DNA of 64,000 bases, taken from the NCBI RefSeq assembly GCF_009914755.1, contig NC_060947.1; one strand, written 5' to 3'. Within the stretch, counting starts at the first letter, position 1. The number at the start of each line of letters is the position of its first letter. Below, piece by piece: positions 32,127 through 46,304 of the stretch. This DNA comes from the human T2T-CHM13v2.0 reference genome, Homo sapiens. The translations under genes and the position numbers were made by a program. The notes under the pieces are model-generated. The model saw only the letters and a list, made by a program, of their open reading frames with translations. It searched no databases and was not told the origin of the DNA.

Positions 32127-32946
32127 AACTGTCAAGAAAAAAATTGTTAAAGTGATCTCAAATAGAGGTCAAAGGCTTTATTCAGTCAATGTTCATCAGG
32201 GAGCACCTCAAAATTAGGTAACTCCCTGAACCAAAGTAGGAATGGAGTTGTTATACAGCAATGAGAACAGAGGGGTATGTGACTTTGGTCTTGTCCCAGG
32301 TTGTAGTTTTTGTTTTCCGTAACTGCTACAAAACTTGTGGTTGGCAAGATTGGGATAAGTTGGCTTTGAGAAATGTGAGCCCCTTTAAATTATCAGGCCC
32401 AGAAAGGCATTGAAATGTGACAGCAGTCATGTCTTACTTCCCTCTTTGTAATTGCCCAATGGGTTCTTCTTGCCCACTGCCCAGCTAGAGCTGACATTCA
32501 GACAGGAGAACTGCAATACAGAAAGAGTTTAATATACTAGAGCTGGCTAAACAGGAAACCTGAGTTTTATTATTACTCAAATCAGCCTCCTCAAAACTTC
32601 AGAGGCTAGGCTTTTTTGAAGGTAGTTTGGTGGGCAGGGGGCTATGGAGTAGGGAGTGCTGATTGGTCAGGTTGTGGATGAAATCATAGGAAGTCAAAGC
32701 TGTCCTCTTCAGCTAAGTGAGTTCCTGGGTGTGGGGCCACAGACCAGACGAGCCAGTTTACTGGTCTAGGTGATGCCAGTTGATCCATCAAGTGCAGGGT
32801 CTGAAACATACCACAAACACCAATCTTAGGTTTTATAATAGTGATGTTCACCCATAGGAGCAATTGGGAAAGTTAGGAATCTTGGGGCCTCTGGCTGCAT
32901 GACTCGTGAGCCATAATTTCTAATCTTGTGGCTAAGTTATTAGTTT

Positions 32947-33640
32947 TGTAACCACTTGAGGTGTTCTTCCTGCCCACTGCATAAAGAAAGATCACAGGAT
33001 TGTGGTAGAGAAAGACTTTAATAAACATGAGGCCGGCTACACCACGTGGGAGATGGAGTTTGTACTCAAATCACCTCATTTGAAGCTCATATGTTAGGGG
33101 TTTTCCAAAGGAAGTTTGGGGAAAAAGTCGGGGGGGGGCGGGTGGCCAGGTAACAGGTGCTTGCTGCTGATTGGTTGGGGCAGAGATGAAATCATAGGGG
33201 ATTGAAGCTATCTTCCTGCAGGCAGAATGGCTTCTGGGTGGGGCCACAGTAGCAGGGTTTTCAGTCCAGGTGGAGTCATCTGGCCCAGGTGGAGCCAAGG
33301 GTGTCAGACATGCAAAAACCTGGAAAGATATCTCAAAAGACCAATCTACAAAACTGGTGTTATTTGCAGGAGTAATTGGTGAAGTTTCATATCTTATAAC
33401 CTCCGGAATAATGTCAGCTCCTCACCTCTCCTCAGCCTGATGGCCTCCTATTAGCTTTGCAAAAGCGGTTGAGTTTTGGGCAAGGCCTATTATCATTTAA
33501 ACTGTATCCTAAATGTCTTCCAAAGTTAGTTTGGCCCAATGGCCCAGGAATAATTAAGGGAAAGGCAAGATGGGGATTGGGTTAGCTTAGGTTACTGTTG
33601 TAATTTTCTCACTGATAAAACTTTTGCAAAGGCAGTTTCA
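32947..33640 (-). mobile_element. LTR26-like solo LTR
   Basis: tgtaaccacttgaggtgttcttcctgcc...ttttgcaaaggcagtttca; TSD gttt. Confidence 0.75.
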
Positions 33641-33676
33641 GTTTTATAAATACAGTCTGGTCCCCAAGCAAGGAAG

Positions 33677-34916
33677 TGTCAGAGGCATTTGAACCAGAGC
33701 AACTCCATCTTGAATACGGGCTGGGTAAATAAGGCCGAGACCTACTAGGCTACATTCCCAGGAGGCTAGGCATTCTAAGTCACGGGATGAGATAGGAGGT
33801 CTAGGAGTTTGGCACAAGATACAGGTCACAAAGATTTTGCTGATAAACAGCTTGTGGTAAAGAAACTGGCCTCTGGTTGTCCTCACTGCTCATTATATGC
33901 TAATAATAATGCATTAGCATGCTAAAAGACACACTCACCAATGCCATGACAGTTTACAAATGCCATGGCAATGTTAGGAAGTTACCCTTTATGGTCTAAA
34001 AATGGGAGGAACACTCAGTTTCTGGAATTGCCCACCACTTTCCCAGAAAACTCATGAATAATCCAACCCTTGTTTAGCATACAGTCAAGAAATAACTATA
34101 AGTGTCCTTAGTCATAGAGCCCATGCTGCTGCTGCTCTCTCTATGGAGTAGCCATTCTTTTATTCCTTTACTTTCTTAATAAACTTGCTTTCACTTTATG
34201 GACGTGCCCCGAATTCTTTCTTGCGCGAGATCCGAGAACCTCTTTTGGGGTATGGATCAGTTATGTCGGAGAAAAAATAAATTATTTAGGCAGATAGTGA
34301 GGGTAAGAAAGTCCTCGGTAAGGTTTTCCTTTTAATAAAAAGCAGCCCCCAAATCATTTCTTTTCTAACAAAGAGCAGCCTGTAAATCGAGCTGCCGACA
34401 TAGATAAGCAAGCTGGAAGCTTTCACGAGTGAATGCCGGCGGCTGTGCCAATAGGAAAAGGCTACCTGGGGGCTAGGAATGTTTAACATGGTGGCTCCAT
34501 CTTCCCTTTTCTTTATCAACCACGTGTACAGTAAGGAACAGACAACATGGCACCGGCCACGGAGAGAATCCGTCTGCATAATAAAAGATTAGGGTGCGGT
34601 GGCCAGCTTCTTCAGGTTCTATGTAAATGGCACACCTGGTCCAACCAATCTTTGGCCCTATATAAATCAGACACCATCTCCTCAAGTCAGTCTATAAAAC
34701 CCCATGCACTTGGCTATGGCCCGGGAGACCCACTCGGGCACCCCCCCTTTCACTGCAGGAGAGAGAGCCGTTCTCTTTCTTTCGCCTATTAAACCTCCAC
34801 TGTTAAACTCACTTCTTACGTGTCCATGTCCTCGATTCTCTCAGCATGAGACAACGAACCTCAGATATTTACCCCAGACAATGACGCCGCTTCATCAGGA
34901 CCCCTTTTCGGTAACA
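33677..34916 (+). mobile_element. MER41B-like solo LTR (contains MER50)
   Basis: tgtcagaggcatttgaaccagagcaactccatcttg...ttttcggtaaca; TSD gaag. Confidence 0.88.
34261..34894 (+). mobile_element. MER50-like solo LTR
   Basis: aaattatttaggcagatagtgagggtaag...ccccagacaatgacgccgcttca; TSD tcag. Confidence 0.8.
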
Positions 34917-37023
34917 GAAGGGGTTTGTTTCAGGGAGGGGCTGTTGTCCTCTTTGTTTCAAAGTTAAATTATAAACTAAATTACTCCCAAAGTTACTTTG
35001 GCATATGTCCAGGAATAAACACAGGCAGCTTGGAGGTTAGAAGTAAGATGGCGTCAATTAGGTCAGATTTTTCTCATTGTCATCATTTTTGCCAAGTTAT
35101 GTCCAGCTTATGGCAGTTCGATTGATTTATGGGTACTTGGCATCAGTCTATAACCCACATAGCAAGGTAAATGTAAATCAATGAGAATTTCTGGGAAAAA
35201 AAAAAAAAAACTTTTTTACTAATAATTGCCCTTTCCTTATTTGTCCTTTTTTCTTTTAAAACCCAAGTCTCTCCTTTGTTTCCTGGAGCATCTTCTGTGT
35301 TTCCTGGGCTGCAGTCCTCAAACTTGGCCCAAATAAGCTCTCTTATTTTTATTTATAAATTTTCTAAAAAATTTATTTTTTGTCTTCCCAAAGCGGTGGG
35401 ATTACAGGCATGAGCCACCGTGCCTGGCCCCAAATAAACTCTCTATGTTAATTTTGCCTCAGTTTCCTTCTTTAGGTTGACAGTTTTCATGCCACTTTTT
35501 GCAGATCATTAGTGCAATTTAATTTTGCCAGCTGCAAGAACAGTTCTTTTGAGCGCTTTCTTGTAAGTAAGCCTTGATGTTTCCCTCTTAGCTGTCTAAT
35601 GCCAGTTAAGGTTCAGGGAAGCTCCCAAGGGATAGAAAAGATGAAAAGAGCAAGAGAGAGGACAGAGGGGGAAAACGGAAAGGAGGAAAAAGTCTGAGCA
35701 AGAAAAACTGGGATCTGTTTTAATTTTTTACAATAGGAAGTGATAACCTAAGTTCAGTTAGGGGCATGACCCACTCAAGACATAACTACCTTAACTACTT
35801 GTGGAGAATTGAGTCTGAATCTGTGCTTTGCATATATTAGCTCCCAGCAGTGACCAAAATGAAATAGCTTGGTCTTTTTCCCAAGAGTTCTTTGGCCACT
35901 ACAATAGTAGCTAAAGCAAACCTAATAGGCAGGTTCTCTATGACTGAAACTACAACCAGTCAGGGAAAGGGAGGCAGAAAAAGTGTTCGGACAAATTTTC
36001 TGGAACAATACATTCCTGAGCTCTGCCCAACCACACTCTTGCCCCACCCTAAGCCACCAGCCCCTCCTGAACAAGGAATTCACAGATGCCCTAGGCCAAA
36101 TTCAAAATTGAGGAACACCTGGGCCTATGAGGAAATGAGCTAGTCTCATCTCTTCCCCCTTCCCAGAGGCTACAAACATAAGAGGCTCACACAGTCTTGC
36201 ATTTCCCTGCCCAGCAGCAGGGGATAGGCTTACTCATTATCAAGCAAGCCTTAAACATCTACTCTGAGCCAGCCTCAATGAATACAAAAATGAATAACAC
36301 CAAGCCATGAATAAAGAGCTGATAAACTTCACTTTACTCATACATTTTTGCTCAGCAATGTGTTCTCATTTACGGGATCTGAATATCAGATCATTTAAAA
36401 GCTCAAAGTCTTCAAGTATTATGTAGGGATGGGAGAGGTATCTGCTATCTGGGGGAGGTTCTGGAACCAATCCCTCATGGATACTGAGGGACAATTGTAT
36501 TTAATTTTGAAATACCTTGGATCAAGAAGGGCCTTTGACATGCAGAGAAATGCAAGTGAAAAAGAAAGCATGTATTAGAATAGATATGTGGGGCAATTTA
36601 CCTGGTCCAGCTCACCTAGCCAGGAACATTAGAGTGGTCATAACTATCATCCAGGAAGTGTGCCTCTAAGACTAGGCCATACCTGATCCTTTGCCCCCTG
36701 CCTGTGGTGGGGTTCCTAGAAGTAGTGCTCACACGGGAATTCCTATTGAAGTGATTTATTGAGGAAGGACTCTATGTAGGGGTGAGGAGAACTAGCAGGA
36801 TGTGATGTGAGATCTAAGCAGGAGACTAGCTTCAGCCTGATCCCACAGGGAAGCTCTGGAGTACAAACTGTACCCCTTTATAAGTCAGTCATTGGCCACA
36901 GTCTGTGGTGGGCAGTGGTAGGGGGTGCATGGGGATTGCTGGGCAATTTTCTTTGGAGAGGGAGGCAGCTAGAGAAGAAGGCATCTGTAGGTTATCAACC
37001 AACAGTCACAGCAGCTAAAATAT

Positions 37024-37813
37024 TGTTACCGGGGGGTCCTTGCTCCCAGAGCTCCCAAGATGGTGGCGGGCCTCTTCCAAAATGCTGGTGGGCCACTTTC
37101 AAGATGGTGGCAAGCCTCGTGTTCTCTGACCTGGAGTTCTTGGCCTCACGGATTCCAAGGAATGGAGTCTTGGGCCATGTGGTGAGTGTTATAGCTCTAT
37201 TAGAAGCCATGGGTCACGGAAGAGAACCGTGGGACCCAGTGACTAGTGTTCAGCTCGATTAGGATGAACCCAGGCACTTAGCCGTGCAAGAACAATGGCA
37301 AGCCTTTAGCCCGATCGGGAGCGGCAATGGGCGTCTCGCTGGATCAGAAGCACAGCGGACACCCTGCCAGATCCGGAGGGATGGAAGTCAGCGGTGGGTC
37401 TGCGACGGCGGCAAACAGCAGCGGTGGGCGGCGAGTTAAAGCTCAGCTCGGGCCGTAACAAACACGGACCAGAAGAGTGCAGTTGCAAGATTTAATAGAG
37501 TGAAATAGAATAAAAACAGAGCTCCCATACAAAGGGAGGGGACGGAAAGAGGGTAGCCGTTGCTGGCTCGAATGCCTGGGTTTATATCCCGATCATTGTC
37601 CCTCCCCCTGTGCTGTCAGGCAATAGATGATTTGCTATTTCTTTACCTCCTGTTTTTACCTAATTAGCATTTTAGTGAGCTCTCTTTACTATCTGATTGG
37701 TCAGGTGTGAGCTAAGTTGCAAGCCCCGTGTTTAAAGGTGGAAGTGGTCACCTTCCCAGCTAGGCTTAGGGATTCTTAGTCGGCCTGGGAAATCCAGCTA
37801 GTCCTGTCTCTCA
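37024..37813 (-). mobile_element. Full-length HERV-W solo LTR (LTR17)
   Basis: Minus strand tgagagacaggactagctggattt...ggaccccccggtaaca; TSD atat. Confidence 0.95.
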
Positions 37814-37889
37814 ATATGAGTGCAGAGAGAAGAAAAAGGAATCTGGGTGAGGCCATCAACAGCATGCACTACCTAGCCCCACCCTCATT

Positions 37890-38060
37890 ATCTTTTTCTG
37901 TCAAGGGCTAGATGGTAAATACTTTAAGCTTTTGCCAGCCGTATGGTCTTCATCACAAGCACTCTTGTTTTAGCACAAAAGCAGCCATAGGCAATATGCA
38001 AATGAATGGACAAGGCTGTGTTCCAATACAATTTTATTTACAAGAACAGGCAACTGTAGC
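37890..38060. mobile_element. MER58A fragment
   Basis: aaagcagccataggcaatatgcaaatgaatggacaaggctgtgttccaata. Confidence 0.75.
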
Positions 38061-38215
38061 TTCTGTCTGTCCTCTTTCAGAGACAAGAAGAGATCTTGGT
38101 CTATCACTAGCACCATGTGCAAGGATCAGATACGGACCGTAGGGGGAAAGATCGGGCTTCTAATCACAGCCCTGTGTCTCTGTAGCTCTTTCAGATGCAA
38201 GTGCCAGAAACCCAA

Positions 38216-39045
38216 TGAAACAAGAAATTTTCCTTGACCCTTTCGTGGGCCTCGCGACGGGGGTGCCTTACTTCCTCAGTCCGCAGCTCTCAACTCCTCA
38301 TGGTAGGGGGAGCACGCAGGAGCACCCAGGTGAGTGGGTGCAGGAGCCAGAGCGAGTGATTTTGGGCGCTGGCAGGAGCAAAACTCTGTGCGGCCCCACA
38401 GCAGCATCTAGGGGGGTATCTGTGACCCCTGAAGCCCCAGGAGGCTTGTGTTACAGTGCTCTTTTAGCTTGGCCTCCACAGATGGCTTAAGTGTTCAACA
38501 GCTCAGTGGACCCTCTGCCTTTTCACAAAGGCAGAGGGTCAGTGTGACAGCTTTCTGTATCCTGAGCTCTTGCCCGGTGTCCAGAAAAAATCGGGTCACA
38601 CGAACAAATTGAAGGATACTAAATATGGGGGATTTTATTCTGATGGAAGTGGCTGTCAGCAGGAGGACTAACTGGAAAGGGGGTGGAGTGAGAAGGTATT
38701 CCTCCCCTAAAGTCCAGCCAGCCAGACTCTTCTCCAAAGTCCTGCTGTCAAGCTGTCTGTCTGAAGTCAAGCTGTTTCTCTCTGATGTCAAACCACAGTC
38801 TCTGATGTCCAGCTGCTTCTCCTCTTCTCCGCTTCTCTGCTCTCTGCCAGTGGAGCCTGGGGTTTTCATGGGCACAGGATGGGGGACCGGGCAGGCCATG
38901 GGTGGTTTTGGAAAAGGCAACATTGGAGCGGGAAAACAGGAATGCATGTTCTCACTTTGGGCCACAGTTCTAGGCTTGAGGGTGGGACTTCGCCAGGGAC
39001 TTCCTCCTTTTCTGCCTAGAATTTTCCTGCCTCCTGTTCCTATCA
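38216..39045 (-). mobile_element. LTR27/LTR28-like (HUERS-P group) solo LTR inside an MLT1
   Basis: Minus strand tgataggaacaggaggcaggaaaattct...; near-TSD ccaa/ctaa. Confidence 0.75.
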
Positions 39046-39816
39046 CTAAGTCAAATAAACTCAAGGAAAACGGTAGGGGAAAGGAAGTACTTAGTGACTC
39101 AGGTAACCTAACCATGAGTGGACTGACCTCAAGGACAACTATTCCAGGAACTCAAACTCTTTAGGACCTGCCCTCCACTTATCTCAGCATTTTGGCTTTA
39201 GTCTCTCCTACTATAGGTGGACTTTATTTCTGCACCAGGGAAGACAGACCTCTGCTAATTCTGGACTCAAACACTGATGGCTCTAGCCCTGGAGAAGAAA
39301 GAGGATCTCCTTTATCGAGGGCCAGGTAAAAAGATCCTGTGGAAAAAATTGGATTACATGCCCATCCATGGATGACAGATCACCCCACCCCCGCATCTCG
39401 CCACCCCACCCAGTGTGGTCAGGGCAATAGTGTCTGACACAAGAAATATGATGAAGAGAGCCCAGACCTGGCCGCTGGGGAATCATTTTGAACCACAGAG
39501 TCTCCCTAAATCATGTTGGTTATAGTAGCCTTGATCTACTGACCTCTGGAATCTGTGTCTTCTCCCCTCTCTCTGTTTGCCTGTGCTGAGATTTTAGTAC
39601 TCAAAAAGTACAAATACTTTTTGAGCACATACTATGTGCCAGGTACCGTGCTAGGTGCTGTGGATTTTGTATGAACAAGACAAAAAAAATGACTGACTTC
39701 ACTTAACTTCCAGCAGGTGAACCTTGCAAAACCCAGAACAGCCAGCCCTGATCTTTGGTTTTGATGGCGTGAGAAATCACAGAACAAGGTATGTTGCTCT
39801 AAATAATAGCCTTCAT

Positions 39817-40231
<415 letters not shown>

Positions 40232-42042
40232 TTATTGCCACCAAAAATGCACCATTTTTGTCCTCATTTGTATTGAACTTGGGTGCATTTCATGTTGCTA
40301 TCTACTGCCTATATTCTAAAACTCTGTCTTTTCTTACCTTTGGTAACATGCACTCTTCTGGCTCTCCTAGATATCTGAATGAGAGGCCAGTTAATTATAC
40401 TTTTCAATTTTCACTTTTTATACTTTTTTTATAAATAGAAAGTTTTATATTAAAAATTGAATTTTTTAAATAAAGTAATTTAAGGCTAATAAGAAAGCTA
40501 AAAAAAAAATCTAGGATTCATGAGAAAAGGAGTATTGATCTATCTCTAATTCTATCTAACAGTCAGAATAAACTCTCTACATTTCAATAGCCTAATCTCT
40601 AAGAAAAGGAGATATTGCTAGATTTAATTGAATAAGCATTGGCTGTACATTCATTCTCTGTACCAAATCACATAGATATATAATACTAGGTATTGGGAGT
40701 ACAAAGACGATGAAGACCTTACCAATGGCTCAAAGAGCAGTGGTGGAGGGGCAGGACAGATTTTGTAGATGAAATGATAATTGTCCTGAGATCCGAGCAA
40801 GTATTCATCAGGCTAACAAAGTGTCATGCTAGACAGAGTCAAAGCAGGCAGATTAGCAATAGCCAAATTTGCTGTGAGTCCCGAGTAGCATCATGGCTGA
40901 AGTATAGAGTTTGGAATAGGGAGCAGGGAGCCAGGATGAGGCCAGAAAGAGGAGACAGGAATCAGATCAAGGAAAACCTTACAGGAAATGCAAAATGTGA
41001 ACTTTTTCTGCAAGCAATGGGGAGGCGGTAGAGCAGGGCTTTCTTAGCCTGGGCTATTAACGTAGTTGACCATCTTTTTGCATATGTTAACCATTTCAAA
41101 ATCTACTAGATTGCTTATCTTTTTCTCATCAATTGGTAGGGCACTTTAAATATCTAGATCTTAAAAATGTACCTGTTTCCAGTGTTGCAAATATTTTCTC
41201 TCAATCTGTCACTTATTTTTTATGCTTGCCTATGTGTCTTTGCAGTATAGAAGTTCTGTAGTTTAATGTAGATACATGCAGTGGTCTTTTACTTTAGTGA
41301 ATTCAAAGAATTAATTTTGTGTTTTTAAAAGTCCCTCTTCATTCTAAATGTGAAAAATATTATCTTGTCTAATTATTTCATAGTTTTGTTTTTATAGCTA
41401 GCTTTATTCTGTCTTGGATTTTACTTTGTGCATGGTGTAAGGTGCACATCAAGCTTATTTTTTCCTCAAAGGAAGAAAGACCTTTCACACCATTGTTTCT
41501 TGTGCAGTATATTCTGTCCCATGGTATGAAATGTCATCTTAATCACATTCTAAATCCAGATTTTCCTGTATACATTAATTAACATATGTAAATATGTAAA
41601 ACATTCAAAAACACCAGAAGCTAAATAAGAAAATGGCCAAAGGACATGAACAGAAAATTAATGGAAGATATATTTAGCTAACCTCTAATCTCAGTAGAAG
41701 CTTAAAGTGCTGATTAAAATAATAAAATAAAATTGTTTCTTTCTAAAATCAACAAAATGTCACACTAGGGGTTAAAAATAAACCAAAGTTTCTAAAGGTA
41801 AATTTTAATGAACATTCTCATTCTCTGATGTTGAGAATGTAAGTTGGTATAATCTTTCTATTCTTAAATTTATAATTCTCATTAACACAATAAATCATCC
41901 TTTAGCAGTGTATCCTTTAAAAAAAAATCAAAGATTGTCAAGGATTTACATAAAGGATGTCCATGTCAGTGATATTTAAAACCAAGACAAATTTAAAGCA
42001 ACCTAAATGTTCATCAATAGGAATTAGTTAAATTAATTATGA

Positions 42043-42396
<354 letters not shown>

Positions 42397-42879
42397 TAGT
42401 GTGATTTTTAAAACAGTTTCAATTAAAAAATGTTTCTGCACAAGACTCAATATACATTTATTAACAATGTCTTGCCAAGCTAATTTCAGTTCTTTTTTGA
42501 AGAGTTAACTAGACTAATATATAAGTGGAATTTAACACAACTAAAAGAATATATAAAGCTTCTAATATATAGAGAGAGAGCTCCTGGTACACCTGGTGGA
42601 TTGTAGTTGCCAGGTACTGAAATATAGAGGTAAATAAAATGTAACCCCTGCCCTCAAAAAAGCACATAATCCAAAGACAGAAGGGAACAGACAAATGAAA
42701 AATTATAGTACAATGTTGTAAATGCAAGGAGTATTCAGACTTACCACGTAAGGGAGCAGAGAACAAGTATGAAACTCAACCCAGGGGCATCAGGGTAGAA
42801 TGACTTAGAACCAGTATATCTGAATCCTGCAATTTTTGAGAAGGACTCTCCCATTCTCTGTATGGATTTGAGTGGAAAA

Positions 42880-43840
42880 TGCTGGAAGAATGGCAAAACA
42901 ACTTGGTAGGTCCATTGAACAACTTATCTGATAATTAGTCTCTACTAGCATACCTCAGGATGCTGTACTTGACATTCCTCCTTTTTTTGAAAATGTTTTA
43001 AATAATTTGGATGAAGACATATAAACATACTTTGATCATTTACAAATGACCCAAAGATGGGAGGACTAGTTAACATAAAAGATGAAGGAATCAAGAATCA
43101 AGATATAGCTGGCAAGGCTGAAATGATGGACCTCACTGATAGGATGCAAGTTAACCAGAATGCAAAGTCCCACATTTAATTCAAAGGCTGGGTTAGCCTA
43201 GAGTAGGTAGCAGTTTATAGTTTTAAAGACCAATGGGTTTTATTTGATTGCAAGTTCAATACCATCTTAAGGGACACTAATGCATTTCTGTCCAAGACAT
43301 CAGCTGTGCCTGCATCAGGGCACTCTGTACTGGCTGGACTACACCTGAAACAAAACCACTATCTCCCTTTAAGGAAGGACTGTACCTTGCCAGATCGCAG
43401 TGAAAACAGGAGAAAACTGAGACTCTTCTGCATGAGAAAGAGAACATGAGAGTCTTCCCCGAATATCTGATGGATCACATTTATTCTGCCTGGCAACATA
43501 GGGAACACTTAGGAACTTAACAGGAGACATATTTCTCCACATTGGAGGAAACATTTATGAGCACCTTAGGACAGGTAGCACATCTAAATAATAACATTGT
43601 TGAACGTTTACTCTCTGCCATGGAATTTCTCATTTAATCTACACTCAGTTTTATGAGGTCAGGAGTATTGTTATGCCCATATTACACACATAAAATAGAT
43701 TTACTGAATTAAATTAAAATTAACTCATGCTGCCCATAAATAAAATGGACTGCCCTCAAGGTAGTAACTATCCAGGTTGATGCAGAGGGAATGTAGCACT
43801 GAGGCCCTCCCAGTCTAAAATTCTATCATTCTGTGATTAG
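42880..43840 (+). mobile_element. L3/CR1 LINE relic (RT C-terminal part)
   Basis: Degenerate FLNNLDEDI...IIFTNDPKMGG, matching CR1 FINDLD...KFADDTKLGG; CR1-type 3' end ...attctatcattctgtgatt. Confidence 0.7.
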
Positions 43841-45843
43841 ATGAACTCAAGTTAATATGGGACAAAGTTACCATGTTCAGGAAAAGTATGTGAAAATTTG
43901 CTATATCATTATTTTAAAAGGAGCAAGAATGAAAAGTCCTCTTAGCCGGGGCAATTAGTCATGTCTTTAATAGGTAAGCTTAGCTCCATCAACTTGCTGA
44001 GTCATCCTGCCACTTGCTTGAACATGGGTGAGTTAGATGCCAAGTTCCACTATCTGGTAGAGCCTAATGGCTCATGTTTCTCCCACATCTAAGCGTTCCT
44101 ACTTCCTGCTGTGGTGACCCAAGTTTAAATGTTATGACTTTTGCCTCTGTTTCCCTGACTTGCCATCCTATTCCTCACCTGAGACAAAAGTTCTACCTAC
44201 CATACAGTTGACATCTTTTAGCATTTACTATGATGCTAAGTCCCATGTAACTTTTCCAAAAACCCTATAATAATAGTAAGTAGTATTGCTATTCCTATTT
44301 TATAGATGTGGAAACTGAGGTTTAGCATGTCCCTGAAGTACTAACAATTCTACAGGCTGGATCTACGATTCAAACCTAGATCTATCCACTTCCAAATCCA
44401 TGCTTTTACCCATCATCCCCTGGAGCTAGTTCTCTTGACTAATACCATCATATGTTGTCTAAGTCTTGCCATGCCTAGGGCCATGAATGTATTAATGACT
44501 ATAATCATGGAGCCTCTTGTCACAGGAATCCTAGGATTTCCCACCACGCAAATTGTCTCAGTGCTGTGCCCCACCAGCTTGATTAGATGCCACTCTTGAG
44601 CTGGCAGTGAGCCATCTTAATGTCCCTGAGAGCCCCCATCAAGGCTAAATTGGTTTCTCTTAAGTCCCCTTGCTCCCCTTGATAACGAACAAGGAAGGGG
44701 AGAAAATGTGTAAATCAAAAGTGAAATCATCACCTTGAAATATTTCATACCCTTCAAGCTCTTGAGAAATAACCGAATGTGTTCTCACAAATAACTGGGA
44801 GACATCAGGATAAAAGTTCATGTGAAGTTTGAAGGAGAGGATGAAGATCCTCCAAGCGCATCAGCAGAAACAGCAAAGAAGTAATAATATATTTTATGCA
44901 AGAGTCTATTGGAAAGAGGAAGCATATGGAAGAAGGCAGTAGCAGATTACTAAAAGCAGATGGGAACATTTTTACTTTGTGAAGGAAGTCTATGGAGATC
45001 CCAAGTTAGCTAGAGAAACATTCCTATTTTGAGTACAACAAACATCTCAGTCCCATGAACACTGGGCCTAGACCAAGGATTGGCAACATGTGATGGTCAC
45101 AGTGCCCTGGAAAAAGGATTGGAGAGATAGGCAAAGTAGTTTAGGGGGCTTGCCTCAGCATTAGACATGGTTGCACATCAAGGAGCTGAATGTTTGAGCC
45201 CTGGGTAGACTCTATAGTATGTGAAGAAGACCCTTAGCTCTCCTGCCTGTCCCTGGAATACTGGAATTCTGAGAAATTGCCAGTCTTGCACTGTGGAGAC
45301 ATTCCCATACCTACACAAGAGCTTTAGGAGCTGAGGACAGCTACCTATAGTGGGATGCCAGGGCCAACATCAAGGCAATAGCAAAAGGAAATTTTCAGGA
45401 AACGGTGTGACTGGCCATGCTCTGTGTGAGCAGCAAGAGAGACTTGCCACTGTGTGTTTCCACCTGAAAAGCTGTAAAATCTGTGGAGAAGGTCTGTGAA
45501 GATATTGAAACCAGTCAGTAGAAAGACAAATAAATATAATCATTATTGAATTGTTATAATAAGTGAGTCTATTGCAAACTCATTATGATGGTATAAGCCT
45601 ATTGACCAACTACATCCTTATTATAGTTATTATAATTACTGGCTCAGTGGAACTATCACCAAACTGCCTAATATAATTTGTTTGGTCTTTTTTTAAATGT
45701 TTGTTATAAAGCAGTAAGCCTCATCCTCCTGTGAGATGTATCATGTTATCTGTTACTAATACAAGTTAAATATTAAGATATAGGAATTATTTACTTCTAT
45801 TACACAGAATCCAAAGTTTTCCCAATAATAATGCTATTAGCAC

Positions 45844-46304
45844 TGTAGCAGACCCTGTTAGTGCCCTACCCAAATCCCCTGAGCCCCACCCCTACAGACT
45901 AAAGGCTGCTTACTGTGAATATCTGTGACTCTCTGCTTGAGAGTGTTTTGCTGGCTACCAGAGCATGCAGGGGCTTATGCATGGCAAAATGAAAGTTCTA
46001 AAGAATTAATTAACTCCCAATGATGAATGGGAGTTGGAAGATAAATACCCCAGTTTCCTTTCCCTTTGGTTGAGATAACTCTGAGGTGTGTCTTTTACAC
46101 TAGCCCCAAGAGTTCCCCAGCAGTATTGCACTCCAGTTGCCTATGGTGGTAACTTGCTGGAATACAAACCCTTTGTTGGCTTCCCTCCCTCATATCCCCA
46201 ATCCTCAGCCAGTGCTTTCTGATATTCTACCCCTCACCCAAATTAATCATTAGCACTCGAATCCTTGTCTCAGGGTCTACTTCTGCTGTAACCCAAGCTA
46301 AGAC
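45844..46304 (+). mobile_element. LTR16-type ERVL LTR
   Basis: tgtagcagaccctgttagtgccc...ctcagggtctacttctgctgtaacccaagctaagaca. Confidence 0.75.

Larger units (their letters stand above)
32447..35094 (-). mobile_element. LTR8/LTR8A, split into three pieces
   Basis: tgtaattgcccaatgggttcttcttgcc...ttattattactcaaatcagcctcc; resumes at 33641 and 34917. Confidence 0.8.
32367..35482 (+). mobile_element. ERV1 LTR (LTR54/56-like), split into 32367-32446 and ~35095-35482
   Basis: tgagaaatgtgagcccctttaaattatcaggccc...aggttgaca; near-TSD gctt/gttt. Confidence 0.6.

Noticed and set aside
38495-39164. Longest ORFs in the window (206 aa and 179 aa, opposite strands)
   Set aside because: They lie within an LTR27/28-like element and show no recognisable domain.
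44420-45800. Unassigned ~1.4 kb stretch, possibly an ancient LTR or unique DNA
   Set aside because: No ORF, terminal motif or repeat structure I can support.
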